Translations under genes and position numbers: made by a program
From: Candidatus Latescibacterota bacterium
Lineage (GTDB): Bacteria > Latescibacterota > UBA2968 > GCA-2709665
Length of the DNA: 64,000 nucleotides
Direction of reading: 5' to 3'
Assembly: GCA_965248435.1 (NCBI GenBank)
Contig: OZ252100.1
Location: 2,240,001 to 2,304,000, forward strand
Part shown: piece after piece, positions 46,977 through 57,092 of the stretch
How the letters are laid out: every line of letters begins with the position of its first letter
Position numbering within the stretch: the stretch's first letter is position 1
The notes under the pieces: model-generated
Databases searched by the model: none
What the model was told of the DNA's origin: nothing
Seen by the model: only the letters and a program-made list of their open reading frames with translations

Positions 46977-49875
46977 ATGAAAACCAGACTCATTTTCACC
47001 TTGCTCACACTCTGTATCGCGTTCGTAGAGGTCTCGGCCCAGGATGGGGGCGTCATCCGCGGGCGGGTCACAGATGCGGATACGGGTGAACCGCTCTCTG
47101 ACGTCAATATCACCGCCAAAGGCCCCGGGCTGCCTGAACCCGCCGGTACCGTAACGGACCCTGAGGGCAGGTACACGATCGACGGTCTACCCGCCGGCCT
47201 CTACGAACTGACCGTTTCCCACGTCGGATACGGAGGCGCGCACCGAAAAGGCGTGCGAGTCCAGATTGGAGCCACCGTCAGGCTCGATTTTTCGCTGGAG
47301 ATCAGACTCATCCCTGGTATGGAAATCACTGTAGAGGCGGTGTCTCTCGTCCCGGAACCAAACAAGGATGCCCCGGCCGGCACCTCAGTCGTGGATGGAA
47401 AACAGATCCGGGACCAGACCACGCTGAACCTGGCGGAGCCGATAAAGAATGAGCTCGCGGTCGACTACCACCAGACCGGTCTGGTGACTGGCAATACCGT
47501 CGTCAGGGGGTTCAACAACATATTCTCCGGCGCCCTCTTGACGCTCGTGGACAACCGGATCGGCCGAGTGCCGTCACTCCGCCTCAATGCCCACAACTTC
47601 ATACCGCTTACCCCCCTCGACATCGAGCGAATCGAGGTCGTTCGCGGCCCTGCATCGGCGCTCTACGGTCCCAACAGCGCCAACGGCGTGATGCACATCA
47701 TCACCCGCTCTCCCTTTCGCTCCGCAGGGACGACAATCAACATCGGCGGTGGGGAGCGGAGCCTGCGGAACTTTGCCTTCCGCCACGCGAACACCGTCAA
47801 CAACAAAGTGGGATACAAGATCTCCAGCCAGTATTACGCCGGCACCGACTGGAAATACGTGGACCCCGTGGAAGTCGAACGGAGAGGATCCAATCCACGC
47901 AGCTACGACGTCGAACGTACAACTTCGGAGATCCAGCTCGACTTCAGACCGACCGACGGGTTCAGCGCGATCATCTCAGGAGGTTTTACAGAGGCCAGCA
48001 ACATCGAGCTCACCGGTCTGGGCGCAGCCCAGGCAAAAGACTGGCGCTACACCTTTATTCAGGGCAGGCTGCAATTTCAGGAGTTCTTCACCCAGTTCTT
48101 CATGAACCGCAGCGACGCGGGCAAAACGACCCTCCTGCAAAGAGGGGATCTCATGGTGGACGAGTCGAGCCTGGCCGTTTTCCAGGCCAGGAATGCGACC
48201 AACCTGGGCAGGCACCAGCGATTCATCTACGGCTTCGATGTCCTGCGGACCCGACCCAAAACCGGAGGAACGATCAACGGGGAAAACGAAGATCGAGACG
48301 ATATCAACGAGTTCGGGTTCTACGTTCAGAGCAAGACGTCCCCGAGCGAAAAACTGGACCTCGTGCTGGCCGGCCGAATCGACCGGCACAACCACATCGA
48401 TGATCCGGTCTTTTCACCCCGTGCAGCGCTGGTCCTCAAACCCACAGAGGTACAGACCGTACGTCTCACCTACAACCGCGCCTTCAGCACACCGACCAGC
48501 AACAACCTCTTCCTGGACCTGGTTGCGAGCCCCGATGCCTTTGGCCTCGGGAAAAACTTTCAGCCGTCGCTCGGGTTCAATCCTGCCGTCGACGTCCGAG
48601 CACAGGCTGCCCTCGAAGGCTTTACATTCAAGCGGAATGCCAGCGGCCTCCCGATGTTTCGGTCCTCCTTTGCCCCCGCTGCCGGACTCTCCGCAGATCA
48701 GTTCATCCCTCTGCACGATCCCCAGTTCACGAACGTCATGTGGGGCATCGGACGGGGCGCGGTGCTCAACGGCTTTGTGCCGACGCTCAAGCAGCTCGCC
48801 ACGGGATCGATCGCCCAGCAGCTGATCGCCGGAGGGATGCCCGTCGACCAGGCACAGGCGGCTGGAGCCCAGCAGGCTGAGCTCTTAGCGGCGGCCTTCG
48901 AGGGCATCGTACCCGCCACCCTTCCGGGACTGAGGAATACCCTGGCGACCCTGAATCAGCAGACCCGGGGGTTCGACCCGATTTCAGACCTTAACGGCGC
49001 TGTCACAGAACTCCCCAAGATCAAGCCGACGATCACAGACGTTCGAAGTGGGGTTCAAGGGTCTGGTCGGCAGGAAGCTGCTTGTCGGTGCCGATCTCTA
49101 CCGGACACGAACAAGAGACTTTGTTGGACCGCTCCGTGTGGAAACGCCCAATGTCTTCCTGGATTCGAACACGCTGACCAGTGCCCTGTCGCAGTCATTC
49201 ACGCTAGCGCTGAATGATCCATCCGCTGCACAGCTGGCAGGGGCCCTGGCCGTGCTTGACGCACCCGGCCAGGGAGGCAACGGGAACGGCAGCGCGGTCG
49301 ATGAGCTGACCCGGCTCTTTGTCGCTGGCACGGACAACAACGGCGCCGCATTCATCCCGTATGGTACCGTCTCCCCGGAGCAGGCCTTCGACCCGGCTGC
49401 GGTCGTCCTCGCCTATCGAAACTTCGGCGAAGTGACCCTCTACGGTTTCGATCTGGGCTTCGAGCTTTATCCCAACCATCCCAACAACAACTGGGTCTTC
49501 AGCGGGAACTACTCCTATGTGAGTGAGAACCTGTTCAGGGACCTGGACGGGATCGCGGATATCGCGCTAAACGCGCCCCGTCACAAATTCAATTTTGGTG
49601 CAAACTATTCACGCCCTGGAACCGGACTTAGGTTGGGCGGCCGTGTCCGTTACAAGGACGCCTTCCCTATGAACTCGGGGGTTTACGTGGGCGATTTGGA
49701 AGCCTTCACAGTCCTGGATCTAAACGCGGCTTATGACCTGCCTATGAAGAACTCCAGTGCTGCGATTACGCTGAATCTCAACGCGAACAATGTATTGAAC
49801 AATGAACATCGGGAATTTGTCGGCGCGCCAGAGATCGGCCGGCTGGTATCCGGTGGGATAACCGTCGGCTTCTGA
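46977..49875 (+). pseudogene. TonB-dependent receptor, frameshifted near 49037 (or sequence error)
   Basis: Signal peptide, carboxypeptidase-regulatory-like domain, plug DIERIEVVRGPASALYG; frame switch in PTIT/TFEVGFKG; C-terminal Phe. Confidence 0.88.
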
Positions 49876-49902
49876 AATAGCCAATACAAGGACCGTCAGC
49901 TC

Positions 49903-49937
49903 GCGCCCGGGTGGTGATCACCCGGGCGCTTTGTTTT
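49903..49937 (+). terminator. Intrinsic terminator
   Basis: gcgcccgggtg-gtgat-cacccgggcgc-tttgtttt. Confidence 0.88.
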
Positions 49938-50039
49938 GCCTGATTTCAATATTCTGCGTCAGAGGAACTCCCGAACCAGGCGCGCTGTTCTTGATGGCGC
50001 CGGCATGCGGGAACACAACCTGGTGAATTGGTCGGCCTT

Positions 50040-50096
50040 CAGCGCGGGAATAAATTCCCACGCTGAGAGAAGCGAAAAGCCCTCCTACGTCGGGCT
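50040..50096. repeat. Solo copy of the IS200-element end palindromes
   Basis: cagcgcgggaataaattcccacgctg plus agccc-tcctacgtc-gggct, matching 52408-52463. Confidence 0.8.
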
Positions 50097-50227
50097 GAAA
50101 AGATGCCCCGGCCTCAGACCGATGGTCTACTCAGGGTTTCTCTTATTCAGGGAGGTGATTTCTTATTATCTTCAATCAGAACCAACGGCAGATTCTTAAT
50201 CAGCGGAACCCTATGAGGTGAATCGAT

Positions 50228-52444
50228 ATGTCTCTCTCTGAGCTCAGCAAATCATACGGCACCGTCACCCTCGATCCCGATGGCGAAGTCGTCGCCGCGA
50301 GCTACGGCACCTGGCGCGTCACCTACACAGCGGGGTCTAAAGCTGTTGCAGCAGGAGGAACCATCCGGATCTACACCGACTCCGACACCGACCGGGGCAT
50401 CTGCCAGCTCGACGACCCTGGCGGCGCGGATTACACCACACTACGCGCGCCCAGGGCCGCACAGGCGGTCATCCTGGTTCAGAAGTACGCCGTCGTGGTC
50501 GCGATAGGCGGCGAGGGCCTGAAACCGGGTGAGCAGGTCGTCGTTACCTTCGGTGACCTGAGCGGAGGCGGACCTGGATTTCGATCTCAGACCTTTTTAG
50601 AGACGAGACACTACTTCCGCGTCGACGTGAATGTCGAGGGGGATGGGGAATATATCTCACTGCCGGACCCCCCCTATTTCAAGATCGTCGGAGGAGACAC
50701 CGAGTGGCTCACCGTTGTCGCGCCCTCGAAGGTCACGATCGGGCAGTCGTTTCGGATTATGGTGAAGGCAGAGGATGCGTGGGGCAATCCGGCATCGGCT
50801 TACCGCGGGACCGTCGAGCTCAGCGCAGAGGGCATGGAGCTGCCCGAGAAAAGCCTGACCTTCAACGCCGAAGATAACGGCGTGCGATGGGTCGACGGCT
50901 GCACCGCCTCGCGAGCTGGAATGTTCAGGATCACCACGGCCGACCGCGCGTTCACGGCAAGCAGCAACCCGATCGAATGCGCCGAGCAGCCCGGCGAGTA
51001 TGGCCTCTTCTGGGGCGACTTTCACGGCGGCCAGGTCACCCTGGCCGAGAAGATCCCCGACTTCTTCCGATACGCCAGGGACATCGCAGGGGTCAGCTTC
51101 GCCGGCTACCAGCGCAATGATCACGCCATCTCGACGGATGACTGGGCGCTGCAGCAGCGGACCGAGAGAGAACTCTATGAGGCCGGCCGGTTCGTCCCCG
51201 TGCCCGGGTATGAGTGGTCCCCGCCGTCAGAGCGAGGCGGTCATCACAACGTCTTCTTCAGGCGACAGGACCAGCCCATTCACCGCTGTGACCACTCCAG
51301 GCTGGAAGACAAATCAGACGCGGACACCGACCTCTATCACATCCTCGATCTCTATCGCAACTATCGGATGGCCGATGTGATCATCACGCCTCACGTCGGC
51401 GGTGTCGCCTCGGACCTGAGCTACCACGAGCCAACCCTGGAACCGGCCATCGAGGTGACCTCAACCCACGGCTCGTTCGAGTGGTTCCTGAAGGAGGCGC
51501 TGGAGCGTCGTTACAAGGTCGGGTTTCTCGGCGGGAGTGACAGCTTTACCGGGAGGCCAGGCGGGGATCGTCCCGGCTACCAATTGAGGCGTTACGCCAA
51601 GTCCGGTTTGGCCGGTGTCTACGCGAGGGAACTGACGGTTGACGGCCTGCTCGAGGCGCTCAGGGCCCGCCGCTGCTATGGGACGACGGGCGTCAGGATC
51701 CTCTTACACACGGAAGCAGACGGCCACCCGATGGGTGAGGAATATACGACAACATCCAATCCGGAGATTTCGGTCGGTGTGACCGGCACCGCGCCTCTGG
51801 AATCGGTCGAACTGTTCCGCGGATTGGAGAAAATCTACAGCCACACCATATCGACGCCGCGCTCAGACAATCGCGTGCGCATCCTGTGGGAAGGGGCCAG
51901 TCAGAAGAGCAGTTACTCGGCAGCGGTATGGGACGGGTGTTTGAATGTGGCGGGACGGAAGATCGCGTCTGTGGAAAAGGTGCGCTTCGACAGTCCGCGT
52001 TCTCATATTCTGGACGAGAAAGAGGACGGTCTGAGCTGGCACTCCATAACGTGCGGATATCGGAGCGGAATGATCCTGGAGCTGGATGGAAATGGGGATG
52101 CCGAACTGGAAATTGTGATCGACACATCCCTGTTTACTTCGATGTCGTCGATCCCTGCGGAGAACGTCGCATTCAGCGTAAGCCTCCAGGAACTTGCGGC
52201 GGGGCCGAAAGAGGTCGAAATCGGCGAGTTGGACCGCAAGGTCACCGTCTCGTTTGCGCCTGGGGCGGGGGGAACGGAGACGGCGGAATTCACCTTTAGA
52301 GATGAATCGCCCGATCCTGGGATCAATCCTTACTGGGTACGCGTCGTCCAGACAGATATGGAGATGGCCTGGAGCAGTCCGATCTTCGTGGATTATGTTG
52401 CGCCGGTCAGCGCGGGAATAAATTCCCGCGCTGCAGATGCATGA
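50228..52444 (+). CDS. DUF3604-like PHP-fold metallohydrolase
   Basis: FWGDFHG, NDH, GYEWS..GGHHNV, PHVGG, IEVTSTHG, GFLGGSD, ALRARRCYGTTG, YWVRVVQ..AWSSPI. Confidence 0.85.
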   Translation: MSLSELSKSYGTVTLDPDGEVVAASYGTWRVTYTAGSKAVAAGGTIRIYTDSDTDRGICQLDDPGGADYTTLRAPRAAQAVILVQKYAVVVAIGGEGLKPGEQVVVTFGDLSGGGPGFRSQTFLETRHYFRVDVNVEGDGEYISLPDPPYFKIVGGDTEWLTVVAPSKVTIGQSFRIMVKAEDAWGNPASAYRGTVELSAEGMELPEKSLTFNAEDNGVRWVDGCTASRAGMFRITTADRAFTASSNPIECAEQPGEYGLFWGDFHGGQVTLAEKIPDFFRYARDIAGVSFAGYQRNDHAISTDDWALQQRTERELYEAGRFVPVPGYEWSPPSERGGHHNVFFRRQDQPIHRCDHSRLEDKSDADTDLYHILDLYRNYRMADVIITPHVGGVASDLSYHEPTLEPAIEVTSTHGSFEWFLKEALERRYKVGFLGGSDSFTGRPGGDRPGYQLRRYAKSGLAGVYARELTVDGLLEALRARRCYGTTGVRILLHTEADGHPMGEEYTTTSNPEISVGVTGTAPLESVELFRGLEKIYSHTISTPRSDNRVRILWEGASQKSSYSAAVWDGCLNVAGRKIASVEKVRFDSPRSHILDEKEDGLSWHSITCGYRSGMILELDGNGDAELEIVIDTSLFTSMSSIPAENVAFSVSLQELAAGPKEVEIGELDRKVTVSFAPGAGGTETAEFTFRDESPDPGINPYWVRVVQTDMEMAWSSPIFVDYVAPVSAGINSRAADA

Positions 52445-52966
52445 AGTCCTCCTTCGTCGGACTCGCTTCTAAACTAATCCGAAGCAACATTCTCAAAAGC
52501 TGGCTGGACATTTCCTTTCTGGTGCCGTTGCTTTTGCCTATGAACGTAGGCCACGATCCTTTGAAGGTCCCTTTTTCCGAACGTCAGTGCTGCATAGCCC
52601 CCTTGCCACCTAAAGACGGTTTCCAGATCGAGTTGGCTGTTACAGAAGTGAGATGTAGAGCCCTTCAGCTTTTGAACCACCTCAGATACCGATATGGTAG
52701 GGCCCAGTCTGATAACGATATGTAAATGGTCCTCCATCCCGTTCACCGCGAACAGTCGATATCCGTATTCCCAGCATTTGTGAACGACATATTTATAAAG
52801 CTTCTCCTGGAGCTGTCGAGCGATGAATGGGTGCCTTCTCCACGTCGACCAGACCAGGTGATAAAATAGTTCTGTGTGAGCCTTTGACATGAAGACAATG
52901 GGCCATTGAATAGTCCGGCTTGTCCGGACTTCTCGCTGTTCCAGCGTGGAAATTTATTTCCACGCG
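52408..52966 (-). mobile_element. IS200/IS605-type (RAYT-like) element with palindromic ends
   Basis: tnpA flanked on both sides by inverted double-hairpin ends. Confidence 0.85.
52474..52890 (-). CDS. tnpA: IS200/IS605 family Y1 HUH transposase
   Basis: YHLVWST, NGMEDHLHI (HUH), LKGSTS, FRWQGGY, YVHRQ catalytic Tyr. Confidence 0.93.
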   Translation of the reverse strand: MSKAHTELFYHLVWSTWRRHPFIARQLQEKLYKYVVHKCWEYGYRLFAVNGMEDHLHIVIRLGPTISVSEVVQKLKGSTSHFCNSQLDLETVFRWQGGYAALTFGKRDLQRIVAYVHRQKQRHQKGNVQPAFENVASD

Positions 52967-53069
52967 AACGGCGGTGCAAGAAAAAATACCACGGACACGT
53001 TTGCTGCCGGCGAGGGCCGCAGGCTGGATCACCTCAATGGGATCATCGTGCGAAAAGACCGGCAGCCCT

Positions 53070-53224
53070 CAGCGCGGGAATGAATTCCCGCGCTGCAGAT
53101 TCATGAAGTCCTCCTTCGTCGGACTCGCTTCTGTGTGAGCCTTTGACATTGAAACAATTGGATCTCGAGTAGTCCGGCTTGTCCGGACTACTCGCTGTTC
53201 CAGCGTGGAAATTTATTTCCACAC
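53070..53224 (-). mobile_element. Non-autonomous internal-deletion derivative of the adjacent element
   Basis: Both ends kept, joined at TTCT (53129-53132); retains the first ~7 codons of tnpA. Confidence 0.88.
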
Positions 53225-53314
53225 TAAAAGGGCAGTGCAAAACGAATGCCACAGGCAGCTGGGCTGCCCGTGGCATTTGCAATCTGTCGGAACCACCGAG
53301 TCCGTGACCGAAAT

Positions 53315-54208
53315 TCACACCCCCTTCACAGCCACGAGGTCCCCCATTTCCATTCCATTCAAGAGTTGAGCCTGAATCTCGTCCGTCGTCTGATTGATCG
53401 CCGTCGGCCCTTCGCCTCCCAGAAGCGGATCCACAACGGTGCGCAGTGGCCGCTTTCCCGCTGGGGTTTGAACCACGTTTAGAATCGCATCCGCGACCAG
53501 CTGCGCATCCGGGGCGTCGTCTCCCCCGAGGGCTTCGCTAAATCCACCCCACATCTGCTCAGGGATCTTCCCAAGCTCTCCGTAGCTGGCCACCCTCGCT
53601 TCGTCTGCCACCATCTCCATATTCGACAGAAACGAGGTCTTGAATCCTCCCGGCTCTACGATCACCACATCGATTCCAGCGCCGGAAAGCTCGTACCGGT
53701 AGCTCTCGGCCAGCCCCTCGAGGGCGAATTTTGACGCCGTGTAAGGTCCTGAAAACGGGATCACGATCCTGCCCATGATGCTGGAGACGTGGACCAGCAG
53801 GCCGGAGCCCTGTTCACGCATGCTCGGCAGCACGGCACGATTCAACCGTTGAATCTCAAAGACGTTCACCTCGAAGATCTTCTCGAACTGCGCCATCGTC
53901 GCAGCCTCGGTAAAGCCGCCGATTCCGTATCCGGCGTTGTTGACCACAACGTCGATGGAGTCGGCCAGTTCCAGCGCCTGCGCAACAGCCGATTCGGTCG
54001 AGGCGTCGTCTGTGACATCCAGTTCCAGCACGTGCAGCGCGCCCTTCTTTCCTTCCGCGAAGGTCTTGAGTTCCTCGGCGCGAGGCGCGTTCCTGCCTTC
54101 CGGCTCCCGCATCGTCGCGAAAACCGTATACCCCGCTTCGAGCAGACTCTGTGTCGTCAACTGCCCGAACCCGGTGCCGCTTCCTGTAACCAGTACAGCG
54201 TCGCTCAT
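53315..54208 (-). CDS. SDR family oxidoreductase
   Basis: TGSGTGFG, VNNAGYG, VSS, YTASK, VEPG. Confidence 0.92.
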   Translation of the reverse strand: MSDAVLVTGSGTGFGQLTTQSLLEAGYTVFATMREPEGRNAPRAEELKTFAEGKKGALHVLELDVTDDASTESAVAQALELADSIDVVVNNAGYGIGGFTEAATMAQFEKIFEVNVFEIQRLNRAVLPSMREQGSGLLVHVSSIMGRIVIPFSGPYTASKFALEGLAESYRYELSGAGIDVVIVEPGGFKTSFLSNMEMVADEARVASYGELGKIPEQMWGGFSEALGGDDAPDAQLVADAILNVVQTPAGKRPLRTVVDPLLGGEGPTAINQTTDEIQAQLLNGMEMGDLVAVKGV

Positions 54209-54236
54209 GATTCCTCCTGGTTTGATATTGGTTCCG

Positions 54237-55001
54237 TCAAATCTCTCTGAATAGCCAGCGTACGGCGTTCTGCTGGATCTTTTCGTATTCGGGATTCCAC
54301 AGTGCGGCGATGGTATGCCCCGGGGCCAGGTAGCAGACACGGCCCTGCCCGTAATCGTAAGCCCAGCCCGCTTCGCACGTCGTACCGAGATCCTTGTGGG
54401 TCAAGCCGTCCTCATTCACGCTCCGCATGAACAGGTGCTTCGGGTCTTTCTCATAGGTCATAAAATGCTGCTCGTCGGTAACGACGAAATCGCGGACACC
54501 CCGAGTGATCGGGTGGTCTTGGTTTGTGATTTCAACTTTATAGGGTCTGGTCGCAGTGTGACCCTGAGTCACGGCGCCCAGGACATCTCGAAACGCATCA
54601 TCCTCCGCCGCGGTGTAAGTCGTGTTGTGATACAACAGTGCCGATCCTCCGTTTGACACGAATGTCTTGACCGCCTCACCCTGTTCCGGGGTGATCCAGA
54701 CCACGCGCTTCGCTTCGCGCGCGGTCACCGGCGGTTCGCTGACGATCGAAACGGTTTCGCCGCCGCGCGAGTACGTCAACGCCTTCTCGCCGTAACCTTC
54801 CGGCCAGATAAAAGGGTCTCGAAAAATGATCAGCAGCGTGTAATCACTCAGCGTGTCCGCGTTGAGGAGTGTAACCTCTTCGGTGAAGTCGATGCTCAGG
54901 CCCAGGTCCTTCACCAGCGTCTTCTTCAGCCCTGTGCGAATGTAGTCGGAGTTGTGATACCGGTCTCCGATCAGCGCGAAAGCGGTGGCCTTTTTATTCA
55001 T
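54237..55001 (-). CDS. ThuA-like domain protein
   Basis: GDRYH, HPITRGV..DEQH, GWAYDYGQGRVCYLAPGH. Confidence 0.85.
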   Translation of the reverse strand: MNKKATAFALIGDRYHNSDYIRTGLKKTLVKDLGLSIDFTEEVTLLNADTLSDYTLLIIFRDPFIWPEGYGEKALTYSRGGETVSIVSEPPVTAREAKRVVWITPEQGEAVKTFVSNGGSALLYHNTTYTAAEDDAFRDVLGAVTQGHTATRPYKVEITNQDHPITRGVRDFVVTDEQHFMTYEKDPKHLFMRSVNEDGLTHKDLGTTCEAGWAYDYGQGRVCYLAPGHTIAALWNPEYEKIQQNAVRWLFREI

Positions 55002-55027
55002 AGCTCGTCAAATGTCCGTTCGAAAAG

Positions 55028-55178
55028 GACCCCTCCCTCGGTCCTCCCCTAAAGGGGAGGGAAGGTAGCGGTCATCTATCATGAGGTATTCAACTTCCTG
55101 CTTCCTTAGAAAGCTCACTATGATCCTCACGGCTCCCCCCTTCCCTTCAGGGAAGGGGGGTCGGGGGGGTTAGGTCCG
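55028..55178. repeat. REP-like doublet, same family as 3994-4138
   Basis: ggacccctccctcggtcctcccctaaaggggagggaagg ... ccccccttcccttcagggaagggggg..gggggttaggtccga. Confidence 0.8.
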
Positions 55179-55192
55179 ATCCCGGAACAACA

Positions 55193-56212
55193 TTAAACCA
55201 CGCCTACTTCTTCAGCGGCTCGCCGCTGCATCGCCTTCATATAGGCTATCGAATAGGCGGTCCCGACGCGCGGGTCCCCGGCCATCAGGGGGATGTGGTC
55301 CGGGATCAGCACGCCTTTGAATCCCATCTCCGTCAGCGCCTTCACGGCCTTGTACATGTCGTAATACCCGTCGTCGATAAACGCCTCGGTGAAATGCGGC
55401 AGGGGTTGGTTCACCGTGCGGAAATGGACCTCGAAGATCTTCCCCTGCGCACCGAAATATTTTACTGTCTCTATGACGTCTTTCCCCATCCTCTCGCCAC
55501 CCTCGAGCCAGCACCCCGTGCAAAGGCACATCCCGATGTTCGGGCTGTCCGCGACTTCCAGCGCCCGCTTAAACCCATCAAAGCTGCTGAAGATATTCCG
55601 CGGAATTCCGCCCAGCTCGATCCCCGGCGGATCGTCAGGGTGAATCCCGACCATCACGCCCGCATCTTCCGCCGCAGGCCTGATCTGTTTGACGAAATAC
55701 TCATAATTGTCCCAGAGCTCTGCTTCGGAATACGTCCGGCCGTGTGACAAGCCCTCCTGCTTGGGCTTCCCGTCCAGGCCGATCGCCTCCCCCAGCCTCG
55801 TCTCGTCGAACGCCCGGGCCGGCGCACCGCCGCGTGTCTGCTCATTCGGCGTGCACCAGACCCCGTTCGCCACGTGCGAATGGGTCGTATAAGGAATTCC
55901 CGCCCTGCCCAGCTCCCCCAGATTTCGCTTGTAGTCCTCGATCCGCTCATCCCGGTTCGGGAGGTTCAGAATGATCGCGTCCATATCACTCACACCGTGG
56001 CTGGCGCCATAGATCTGGATGCCTGCCGCCTCGAACACCTCCCGCCTGCCCATGTAGTAGTCGTAGGTCGCCTCCTTTACGCCGCCCCACAGTACGGTGT
56101 ATTTCACACCCATCTGCTGCGCAAACTGCAGTTCCGCCTCGGTCGGCTCGGGCGGCATCTGTACTGCGACCTTGACTCCCGGCTCAAGGGCGATGTGGCT
56201 CTTCGGGGCCAT
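55193..56212 (-). CDS. Mannonate dehydratase family (UxuA-like)
   Basis: QMGV, LWDNYEYF, GIHPDDPP, CTGCW, VHFR, LIPDHIP. Confidence 0.88.
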   Translation of the reverse strand: MAPKSHIALEPGVKVAVQMPPEPTEAELQFAQQMGVKYTVLWGGVKEATYDYYMGRREVFEAAGIQIYGASHGVSDMDAIILNLPNRDERIEDYKRNLGELGRAGIPYTTHSHVANGVWCTPNEQTRGGAPARAFDETRLGEAIGLDGKPKQEGLSHGRTYSEAELWDNYEYFVKQIRPAAEDAGVMVGIHPDDPPGIELGGIPRNIFSSFDGFKRALEVADSPNIGMCLCTGCWLEGGERMGKDVIETVKYFGAQGKIFEVHFRTVNQPLPHFTEAFIDDGYYDMYKAVKALTEMGFKGVLIPDHIPLMAGDPRVGTAYSIAYMKAMQRRAAEEVGVV

Positions 56213-56391
56213 GGGCTCCTCCTTGTTACCTTCATCCGAATAATTCCACTCAAAGTAGCATCTCCAACCCTGATGATCAACAGGAAAGGGCTGCGTCTGG
56301 CGAAGCGCATCCTTGACTTGTGCCATTTTTGCACGCATCATACACACCCGCCCGCGCCCAACATCACCAAGGAGTTAGAGGAGAATCTGCC

Positions 56392-56631
56392 ATGAAAGCC
56401 TTTGACGATCTGGCCCACCTGAGTGATGAAGAGATGCAGAACTGGCTGTGCAAGGTCGACACAAAGGATCTGGCGATCGCCCTGAAGCAGGCCAGTGATG
56501 ATGTAAAGAGAAAGATCTTTGAAAACGTCTCTGAGCGGGTCCGCGGATTCATCGAGCAAGGAATGGAGGACTCCGGAAATGTGCCGGAAAATGAAATAGA
56601 GGAAGTCCAGAATCGAATCCTACAGCTGTAG
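56392..56631 (+). CDS. Stand-alone FliG C-terminal domain protein (79 aa)
   Basis: FDDLAHLSDEEMQNWL..VD..DLAIALKQAS..VKRKIFENVSER..EVQNRIL; RBS GAGGAG. Confidence 0.82.
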   Translation: MKAFDDLAHLSDEEMQNWLCKVDTKDLAIALKQASDDVKRKIFENVSERVRGFIEQGMEDSGNVPENEIEEVQNRILQL

Positions 56632-56678
56632 GGTCGACTTCCCGCTCTGAGGAAGACACAGAGCCTCATAGGGTAGAT

Positions 56679-57001
56679 CGAATGACGAATATCGAACCGC
56701 AGAATGTCGAATGATGAAGGAAGGTGACTTCCTATCGAACGAAGGCCCCCGGAGAATGCCGCCGAGCCTTGCTGGGCGAGCCGCTTCGTAATTGTGTGAA
56801 TGGACTACAAAGCGAGTAGGCCCTCACCCCCTCTCCCGCACGCAGGAGAGGGAAGCAGGCCAATCAGAACGTATTTCCCTCTCTCATTTATGGGAGAGGC
56901 CTGCCCCGGACTTGCCTGCCCCGGACCTTGATCCGGGGATCCGGGGGATGCCGAGCCCTTCGGCAGGCTCAGGGTAAACTCCGCGAGGCAGGGTGAGGGC
57001 C
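56679..57001. repeat. Nested REP-like repeats
   Basis: 7-mer gaatgac/gaatatc/gaatgtc array; gccctcaccc...gggtgagggc outer inverted repeat; ctctccc/gggagag and ccccgga/tccgggg inner hairpins. Confidence 0.65.
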
Positions 57002-57092
57002 TTTAAGCGACTCAACTCACCCTGTAATCAGGGATTCAGAAAGTAATCAGTTGGGAGGAAGAGGATAAGACGGGTCGGATAAAGGAAGGATA

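Noticed and set aside
52408-53224. TnpB/IscB RNA-guided system
   Set aside because: No RuvC-containing ORF next to tnpA; the downstream structure is explained by a deleted element copy
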